This document shows positions 57,446-64,000 of a stretch of DNA of 64,000 nt, piece after piece (positions within the stretch are counted from its first letter, which is position 1; each line of letters starts with the position of its first letter). Made by a program: the position numbers and the translations under genes. Source of the stretch: Alphaproteobacteria bacterium (GTDB taxonomy: Bacteria > Pseudomonadota > Alphaproteobacteria > Bin95); contig CBDBGH010000003.1 of NCBI GenBank assembly GCA_965205265.1, positions 5,184,001-5,248,000 of the forward strand, given 5' to 3'. The notes below the pieces were generated by a model. It had not been told where the DNA came from. It worked only from the letters and a program-made list of their open reading frames with translations, and made no database searches.

Positions 57446-58501
57446 TCAGGGGGTCGAAGGGAGGGAGGTTTCGGGGGCCGGTGGATCCGGATTCGGGGCC
57501 ATTTCGGCGAGGCCGGGGGCCGAGGTTTCCACGCCGTCCAGAACGGCCCCTGTCATGTCCGTGCCGACGAGGTTGGCTCCGCGGAGATTGGTCCGGGTGA
57601 AATTGGCTCCTCTGCATGATGCATGGGGAAGGTTGGCGCCGTTGAGGTTCCCGTCGGTGAAGTCCCCGTGATGCAGCGACGCACGGTCGAGGAGGGCCCC
57701 GGTGAAGTCCGCGCGCGCCGCGGCAACGCGCGTCAGCCGGGCCTGGAAGAGATTGGTCCATGCCAGCCAGGCATCCTCGATATCGGCTTCCAGGAAGGAC
57801 GCCAGGGCCATCTGGGCCCCGCTCATCGAGGCCCGTTTCATGCCTGCGCCATCGAAATGGGCCTGGCTTGCGATGGCGTCGCGCAGGCATGACTCGGAAA
57901 GATCCGCATTGTTGAACCCGGCGTTCCAGAGCCGGGTCCGATCCAGATGGGCGCGCGGCAGGCGGGCGTCGATGAACTGCGCTTCCGAGAGGTCGGCGCA
58001 GGAAAGCAGGACACCGTCCATCGTGGCGTTGTTGAAGTTCGCGCCGCGGAGATCCGCGGCGGAAAGTCTGGCCCCGCTGAGGTCGGCGCCGTCGAACCGG
58101 GCGTGAGGCAGGCGGATGCGGAGCAGGTCCTGGCCGGAGAAATCCTCGCCCGAGAAGTCGCGCTCGCCGGCGGCGTAGCGCGCCTCGAGGCGCTCGCGGT
58201 CGGGGAAGCCGCCGAAGCGCTGGTGCGGGCGGTCGTCGGGCCCTACGAAGACCGGCGGGGGCGTTTCCAAGAGGATGTCCGGGACCGGAATGAGGGATTT
58301 GCGGTAAGCGTTGCGCGGCTCGCCGTCTCCTTCGCCGACATTCTGGACAAAGGTGCGTATTTCGGGGGACTCGCACAGGAGATTGGCTTCCTCCGCATCG
58401 TTGAAAGCGGTCAGGAAGGCCAATTCCATGGAATCGCCCTCGGCAGTGACACGGGCCATCGAGCGGCTGGTTGCAACGAGGTCGAAGGTCCATTTACCCA
58501 T
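57446..58501 (-). CDS. Pentapeptide repeat protein with N-terminal extra domain (copy 2)
   Basis: MGKWTFDL..ARVTAEGDS; RYAAGERDF cap. Confidence 0.88.
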   Translation of the reverse strand: MGKWTFDLVATSRSMARVTAEGDSMELAFLTAFNDAEEANLLCESPEIRTFVQNVGEGDGEPRNAYRKSLIPVPDILLETPPPVFVGPDDRPHQRFGGFPDRERLEARYAAGERDFSGEDFSGQDLLRIRLPHARFDGADLSGARLSAADLRGANFNNATMDGVLLSCADLSEAQFIDARLPRAHLDRTRLWNAGFNNADLSESCLRDAIASQAHFDGAGMKRASMSGAQMALASFLEADIEDAWLAWTNLFQARLTRVAAARADFTGALLDRASLHHGDFTDGNLNGANLPHASCRGANFTRTNLRGANLVGTDMTGAVLDGVETSAPGLAEMAPNPDPPAPETSLPSTP

Positions 58502-58518
58502 GCCGGCACCTTCCGGAG

Positions 58519-59544
58519 CTATGGAGACGCATCTTCAATGCCGGCTTCCCGAGCCAGCGCGGAGTCGGAGAACAGCGCGCCGCCCAGGGTGGCCGAGGAA
58601 ATATCGGACTCCATGAAATTGGCGCCGCGCATGTCGGCATCCGTGAAGTCGGTGTCCATGCAATGCGTTCTGGGCATGTTGGCGCCGCAGAACCTCGCGC
58701 CGGAGAAATCGCAGAAGCTCAGATTGACCTTGTCGAGCAGCGCCCCGGTAAAATCGGCCCGGCGCGCTATGGCGTCGCGCATATGGATGCAGAACATGTT
58801 GGCGCGAACGAACGTGGCGTCCGTGAGATCGGCAAAGGTCAGGAAGGCGTCCGTGAGGTGGGCTTCGTTCAGGCAGGCGCGCTGCAGATCCGCCCTGCTG
58901 AAGACGGCGCTGCTCGCGATGACGCCGCGCAGGGATGCGTCCGTGAGGATGGCGTCGGAAAACCGCGCTCGCCAGAGATTTGCATGGTCGAGATGGGCGC
59001 GGGGCAGGCGGGTCTCATCGAATTCGGCTTCCGCGAGATTGGCGTGCAAAAGAACGGCTCCGGGAAGCATGGCGCGCTTGAATTTCGTGTTCCGAAGATT
59101 GGCCCCGCGCAGATCGGCGTTTGCGAAGGTTGCTCCATCGAACCAGGCGTAAGGGACCTCGACGTCGGACAGGTCCTGGCCGGAGAAGTCCTCGCCGGAG
59201 AAATCGCGCTCTCCCCGGTCGTAGCGCTGCTGGAGCTTCCGGGCGTCCTCCGAAAGTTCACGATGCGGCGAAGCCCCCGGACCGAAATATCGGGCGGAAT
59301 GGTGTTCGTCGAGGGCGTCCGGAACGGGAATGACGGAGTATCCATGGAAGGGATTGCAGGGGTTGGCTTCGCCTTCGCATACATTGTCGACGGACTCGGC
59401 GCGGTCCTCGACCTCTTCCCAGAGGCCGCCCAGATTGGCCTGGTCGAGGGCGGCGTTGAAGGCGGCGGTCATCGACTCGCCGTCGGCCGTGACGCGGGCG
59501 ACGCAGTAGTCGGCCCGACGGAGGTCGAATGTCCACTTGCCCAT
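58519..59544 (-). CDS. Pentapeptide repeat protein with N-terminal extra domain (copy 1)
   Basis: MGKWTFDL..ARVTADGES; RYDRGERDF cap. Confidence 0.88.
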   Translation of the reverse strand: MGKWTFDLRRADYCVARVTADGESMTAAFNAALDQANLGGLWEEVEDRAESVDNVCEGEANPCNPFHGYSVIPVPDALDEHHSARYFGPGASPHRELSEDARKLQQRYDRGERDFSGEDFSGQDLSDVEVPYAWFDGATFANADLRGANLRNTKFKRAMLPGAVLLHANLAEAEFDETRLPRAHLDHANLWRARFSDAILTDASLRGVIASSAVFSRADLQRACLNEAHLTDAFLTFADLTDATFVRANMFCIHMRDAIARRADFTGALLDKVNLSFCDFSGARFCGANMPRTHCMDTDFTDADMRGANFMESDISSATLGGALFSDSALAREAGIEDASP

Positions 59545-59607
59545 GGGAAGCCTTCCTCCTGTCCTTCGGTCAGCTGCCCCGGTTCGGCCGGGAGGGGACC
59601 GGGACCG

Positions 59608-62600
59608 TCAGCTGCATCCGTCGGTCTGCCCGCAGGTCATGCATTTGAGGCAGGTCCCGTTGCGGACCATGGTGAAGTTCCCGCAGCCGCCGCAGGCGTC
59701 GCCCTCGTATCCCATGCGGCGGGCCTGGGCGACGGCGAAGTCCCTCGAGCCGGGCGCCGGGGCGACACCGCCGCTGTCGTCCGGGAAGGCGTAGAGGTTA
59801 TCGCGTGCGAAACCGCGGCTCGCGCCGAGGACGGCCGCGGGGCCCGCGGCTTCGATGACCGTGCCGTGCCCGGTTTCGGAGCCGTTGCCGTCGCCCAGGC
59901 TGTCGGGCCGGAGATCTTCCGGTTGGACATGGGCGAGGTCGCGGCGGCCGAGATAGGAGATCGCCAGTTCGCGGAAGATATAGTCGAGCACGGAGGTCGA
60001 CATCTTGATGGTGTCATTGCCCTCGACGAGCCCGGAGGGCTCGAAGCGCGTGAACACGAAGGCTTCGACGAACTCTTCCAGAGGCACGCCGTACTGCAGG
60101 CCGATCGAGATCGCGATGGCGAAATTGTTCATCAGGCTGCGGAAGGCCGCGCCTTCCTTGTGCATGTCGATGAAGATCTCGCCGAGCTTGCCGTCGTCAT
60201 ATTCGCCCGTGCGCAGATAGACCTTGTGGTTCCCGACCCGGGCCTTCTGGGTGTAGCCCTTGCGCCGGTGCGGGAGGCGCTCGCGCTCCATATGGCGGAC
60301 GAGGCGCTCCGCCACGGACGCCACGCGCAGCGGCACCGGATCGTCCGCTTCGGCGCCCGGGTCGTCGCCGAGCACGACAGAGGACAGCGGCTGGGAGAGT
60401 TTCGAGCCGTCGCGGTAGAGGGCGTTGGCCTTCAGGCCCAGCTCCCAGGAAAGCATGTAGGCGTCGGTGCAGTCCTGGACCGTGGCCTCGTTGGGCATGT
60501 TCACCGTCTTCGAGATGGCGCCAGAAATGAAGGGCTGGACCGCGCCGAGCATGCGGATATGGCTCTCGGTGGAGAGGCAGCGCGTGCCGGTCTGGCCGCA
60601 GGGATTGGCGCAGTCGAACACCGGGAGGTGTTCCTCGCGCAATCCTGGGGCGCCTTCCACGGTCATCGCCCCGCCGCACCAGAGGTTTGCGGCGTCGATC
60701 TCCTGCCTGGTGAAGCCGAGGGCCGCGAGAATATCGCCGCCGGCGATGGCGTCGTCATCCAGCCCGAGCGCCGTCCGGCAGTCCTCCTCGCCGATTTGCG
60801 CGGGGGTAAAGACGAACCGGATATCGAAGGCGCCGGGAAGGGCCGCCTCGACGGCGGCGGTCATGTCGGTGGTGAAGCCCCTGGCCGCAAGCGCGTCATG
60901 GTCGATTGCGGGCGACCCGGCGAGAGTGCCGCGGCCGATGGCGTGGCGCTCGATGGCGCCGATTTCGTCTTCATCGTAGCCCAGGCTGCGCAGCGCCGCC
61001 GGCACGAGGCTGTTGATGATCTTGAAATGGCCGCCGCCGGCGAGCTTCTTGAACTTCACAAGGGCGAAGTCCGGCTCGATACCGGTGGTGTCGCAGTCCA
61101 TGACCAGACCGATCGTGCCGGTGGGCGCTATCACGGTCGTCTGGGCGTTGCGGTATCCGTGTTCCACGCCTGCCTCGAGCGCAAGGTCCCATGCGCTCCG
61201 GGCGGCCCCGACAAGGCCGGGGAAGGGGCAGGCGTCGCGGTCGAGGGGTTGCGGGAGCGTATGCAGGCCTTCGTAGCCCTCGCTGCGCCCGTAGGCCGCC
61301 CGGCGATGATTGCGGATGACGCGCAGCATGTTCTCGCTGTTGGCCTCGTAGCCCTGGAAGGGTCCGAGGGTCCGGGCCATGTCGGCCGAGGTCTCGTAGG
61401 CGGTCGCGGTCATGAGCGAGGCGATGGCGCCGCCGACCCCGCGTCCCGCCTCGCTGTCGTAGGGAATGCCGCAGGACATCAGCAGCCCGCCGAGATTGGC
61501 GAAGCCGAGACCGAGCGTGCGGTAGCGCCAGGAGCGTTCGGCGATGCGCCGGGACGGGAACTGGGCCATGGACTCCGAAATCTCGAGCGTGATCGTCCAT
61601 AGCCGGACGGCCTTGCGGAAGTGGAGCGCGTCGAAGCCTCCGTCTTCGTCCAGGAAGGCCATCAGGTTGAGGGAAGCGAGATTGCATGCCGTGTCGTCGA
61701 GGAACATGTACTCGGAACAGGGGTTGGAGGCGTCGATGCGTCCCTCGGCCGGACAGGTGTGCCAGTCATTGATGGTCGTGTCGTACTGAAGTCCGGGGTC
61801 CGCGGAAGCCCAGGCGGCCGTGGCGATACGGTCCATGAGGTCGCGGGCCTTCACGGTGCGCGCAACCTCGCCGTCGGTCCGCTGGACGAGGTCCCAGTCC
61901 CCGTCGTCGCGGACGGCCTTCAGGAAGGTGTCGGTAACGCGTACCGAGTTGTTCGAGTTCTGGCCGGCGACGGTCAGATAGGCCTCGCTGTCCCAGTCCG
62001 TGTCGTAGGTGTCGACGGCCATGCTCCGATAGCCCTGACGGGCGAACTGGATGGCCCGCTGGATGTAGGCGTCCGGGATGAAGGCCCGCCGGGCGTCGCG
62101 GACCGCCCGGCGGAGCCCCGGATTGCGGCGCGGATCAAAAGGATCCGAGACGCCGCTCTCCGGTTCTGTACAGGTCTCCATGATGAGAGGCAGATGATGG
62201 GCGCAGGCTTTCGAGCCCGCGACCAGGGCCGCGACTTTCTGCTCCTCCACGGCCTTCCAGTCGATATAGTCCTCGATGTCGGGATGATCGATGTCGAGGG
62301 TGACCATCTTGGCGGCCCGGCGCGTGGTGCCGCCGGACTTGATGGCGCCCGCAGCGCGGTCGCCGATCTTGAGGAAGCTCATCAGCCCGGAGGACCGCCC
62401 GCCGCCGGAAAGCGGTTCGCCTTCGCCGCGCAGCCTCGAGAAATTGCTTCCGGTCCCGGAGCCGTATTTGAACAGGCGCGCCTCGCGCTGCCAGAGGTCC
62501 ATGATCCCGCCTTCATTGACCAGGTCGTCGGTGATCGACTGGATGAAGCAGGCATGCGGCTGCGGGCGCGCGTAGGAGGAGGTGGACGCGACGACCTCGC

Positions 62601-63186
62601 CGGTCTCCGGGTCGGCGTGGTAGTGGCCCTGCGAGGGGCCGTCCAGACCATAGGCCCAGTGCAGGCCGGTATTGAACCATTGCGGCGAGTTGGGGGCCCC
62701 GATCTGCCGGGCGAGCATCGCCGTCATCTCGGTATAGTAGAGCCGGGCGTCGTCTTCATCGGCGAAGCAGCCGGACTTCCAGCCCCAGTAGGTCCAGGCC
62801 CCGGCCATGCGGTGGAAGACCTGCCGGGCATCGGTCTCGGCGCCGAACCCGGCGCCCGGGGCCGCCCGCCGGGCCTGCAGCCACTCGGGAACGCCCTCCT
62901 CGTGGACCGGCTCCGTGCGGTCCGGCACGCCCGCCTTGCGGAAATACTTCTGCGCGAGCACGTCGACGGCGACCTGGGACCAGTCTTCCGGGGCGAGGAC
63001 GGCGTCGGCCGAAAAGACCGAGGTGCCGTCGGGATTGCGGATATCGCTCTGTCGCGCGGCATAGGAAACGGGTGCCAGGACGTGCGCCGGCAAGGGACTT
63101 TCGCCGTCGGGGAAAAGCAGCCTCCGGACCGGGCCAGCGATTTCGGGATCTCGCGGGACGGGGGCGGAAATACCTTCGGGGCTCAT
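59608..63186 (-). CDS. nrdJ: Vitamin B12-dependent (class II) ribonucleotide reductase
   Basis: [27 protein letters not shown] and IAPTGT motifs; C-terminal CxxC...CxxC. Confidence 0.95.
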   Translation of the reverse strand: MSPEGISAPVPRDPEIAGPVRRLLFPDGESPLPAHVLAPVSYAARQSDIRNPDGTSVFSADAVLAPEDWSQVAVDVLAQKYFRKAGVPDRTEPVHEEGVPEWLQARRAAPGAGFGAETDARQVFHRMAGAWTYWGWKSGCFADEDDARLYYTEMTAMLARQIGAPNSPQWFNTGLHWAYGLDGPSQGHYHADPETGEVVASTSSYARPQPHACFIQSITDDLVNEGGIMDLWQREARLFKYGSGTGSNFSRLRGEGEPLSGGGRSSGLMSFLKIGDRAAGAIKSGGTTRRAAKMVTLDIDHPDIEDYIDWKAVEEQKVAALVAGSKACAHHLPLIMETCTEPESGVSDPFDPRRNPGLRRAVRDARRAFIPDAYIQRAIQFARQGYRSMAVDTYDTDWDSEAYLTVAGQNSNNSVRVTDTFLKAVRDDGDWDLVQRTDGEVARTVKARDLMDRIATAAWASADPGLQYDTTINDWHTCPAEGRIDASNPCSEYMFLDDTACNLASLNLMAFLDEDGGFDALHFRKAVRLWTITLEISESMAQFPSRRIAERSWRYRTLGLGFANLGGLLMSCGIPYDSEAGRGVGGAIASLMTATAYETSADMARTLGPFQGYEANSENMLRVIRNHRRAAYGRSEGYEGLHTLPQPLDRDACPFPGLVGAARSAWDLALEAGVEHGYRNAQTTVIAPTGTIGLVMDCDTTGIEPDFALVKFKKLAGGGHFKIINSLVPAALRSLGYDEDEIGAIERHAIGRGTLAGSPAIDHDALAARGFTTDMTAAVEAALPGAFDIRFVFTPAQIGEEDCRTALGLDDDAIAGGDILAALGFTRQEIDAANLWCGGAMTVEGAPGLREEHLPVFDCANPCGQTGTRCLSTESHIRMLGAVQPFISGAISKTVNMPNEATVQDCTDAYMLSWELGLKANALYRDGSKLSQPLSSVVLGDDPGAEADDPVPLRVASVAERLVRHMERERLPHRRKGYTQKARVGNHKVYLRTGEYDDGKLGEIFIDMHKEGAAFRSLMNNFAIAISIGLQYGVPLEEFVEAFVFTRFEPSGLVEGNDTIKMSTSVLDYIFRELAISYLGRRDLAHVQPEDLRPDSLGDGNGSETGHGTVIEAAGPAAVLGASRGFARDNLYAFPDDSGGVAPAPGSRDFAVAQARRMGYEGDACGGCGNFTMVRNGTCLKCMTCGQTDGCS

Positions 63187-63279
63187 GGGGTCCTCGCTGC
63201 GGGTATTCGAACCCGATGCAGGGTAAAGCTGTCCGGTGAAAATCCAGCGCGGGAATTTTCGGCCGGGAGGGTGCGGGGC

Positions 63280-63999
63280 TCAGGACGGGCGGGCAGTGTG
63301 CTCCGGAGCGCCGAGGGCGCTGCCGAGCCGTTCGGCTTCGGACCGGTAGGCAAGAGCGCAGGAAAAGCCCGCCTCGATCCGGGCCGTGATCGGCTCCGGG
63401 GCATCGGACGGAGTCGGCGCGTTTTCTCCGTGGAAGGGCCGAAGCCCCCATCCGCCACGATTCAGGCCTTCGCAGGGAAGGGTCTTCCATTCCTTGTAAG
63501 TGGATGCGAAGGCCTCCGACCATGCGTCGCCGTCGAGCGGCGCCCCGTGGGCAAGCAGGTCCAGCACGGCATTGCGGGCCGACCCGATGAAATTGTCATC
63601 GCAATCGAGTCCGGCCAAGGCATCCCGGTAGCGCGATGCGAGCTGGGGATGCGTCGTGCAGGCCCAGAGGATCTCGATGGCTGTGCAAAGATACTTGCAG
63701 GTCAGGTATTCGAGGCGGCGTCGGCGTTCGTGCTCCGCCTGGGCGGCGTCGGCTGCTGCTGCTGCTGCTGCGGCGATGGCGGCCGCCTTGCCGGGCGAAG
63801 CGAGGCAGGCTTCCGCGCAGCCCGACAGCGAACTGCGCATGAAAGAAGACCACAAAGTCGCCGGACTCTCCTTTGCGGTATCCGTCCAGAGATAGTCCAG
63901 CGTCAGGGTCGGCATTTCCGGTCTTGCGTCGAACTCCCGGCTGCGCAGCTCCCCGATCATGCCGTGGACCAGCGCGCAATCGGCGTCGTGGAGTTCCCG
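63280..63999 (-). CDS. Hypothetical protein, 5' end beyond the window
   Basis: Frame open to the window edge; contains a poly-Ala tract. Confidence 0.5.
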   Translation of the reverse strand, partial: RELHDADCALVHGMIGELRSREFDARPEMPTLTLDYLWTDTAKESPATLWSSFMRSSLSGCAEACLASPGKAAAIAAAAAAAADAAQAEHERRRRLEYLTCKYLCTAIEILWACTTHPQLASRYRDALAGLDCDDNFIGSARNAVLDLLAHGAPLDGDAWSEAFASTYKEWKTLPCEGLNRGGWGLRPFHGENAPTPSDAPEPITARIEAGFSCALAYRSEAERLGSALGAPEHTARPS

Positions 64000-64000
64000 C

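Noticed and set aside
53375-59544. Diversity-generating retroelement or shufflon acting on the tandem paralogs
   Set aside because: No reverse transcriptase or site-specific recombinase in the window, and no template/variable repeat pair with A-specific differences seen
63752-63772. (GCT)n trinucleotide run
   Set aside because: Short and in frame; encodes a poly-Ala linker with no sign of phase variation
1-64000. Alternative genetic code (TAG or TGA reassigned), suggested by the release factor
   Set aside because: Both TAG (e.g. 2402, 21582, 23668, 53373) and TGA end genes at sensible positions, and long genes are intact under the standard code

Overview
GC-rich accessory DNA with no chromosomal housekeeping synteny, most likely part of a large plasmid, ICE or phage-like replicon of an alphaproteobacterium. 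The GcrA-type domain, the RF2 N-terminus and the 17-kDa-antigen-type lipoprotein point to that host; no replication, virion or conjugation genes are in the window. It is dominated by about 19 pentapeptide-repeat genes. Many of these, and several unrelated proteins, end in a shared Pro-rich tail, (L)PEP(S/T)P. Also present: four IS copies (two IS1634-family, one with a 200-bp target duplication; one IS66; one IS630), an orphan type I-G-like CRISPR array, tRNA-Lys(CTT), class II ribonucleotide reductase, several phosphatases and nucleotidyltransferases, and ankyrin proteins. The most striking element is an RF2-like release factor whose autoregulatory +1 frameshift site reads CTT TAG C instead of CTT TGA C. 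Its stop-codon-reading residues are substituted in the direction expected for UAG recognition. Family names come from motif recognition by eye, not database searches.
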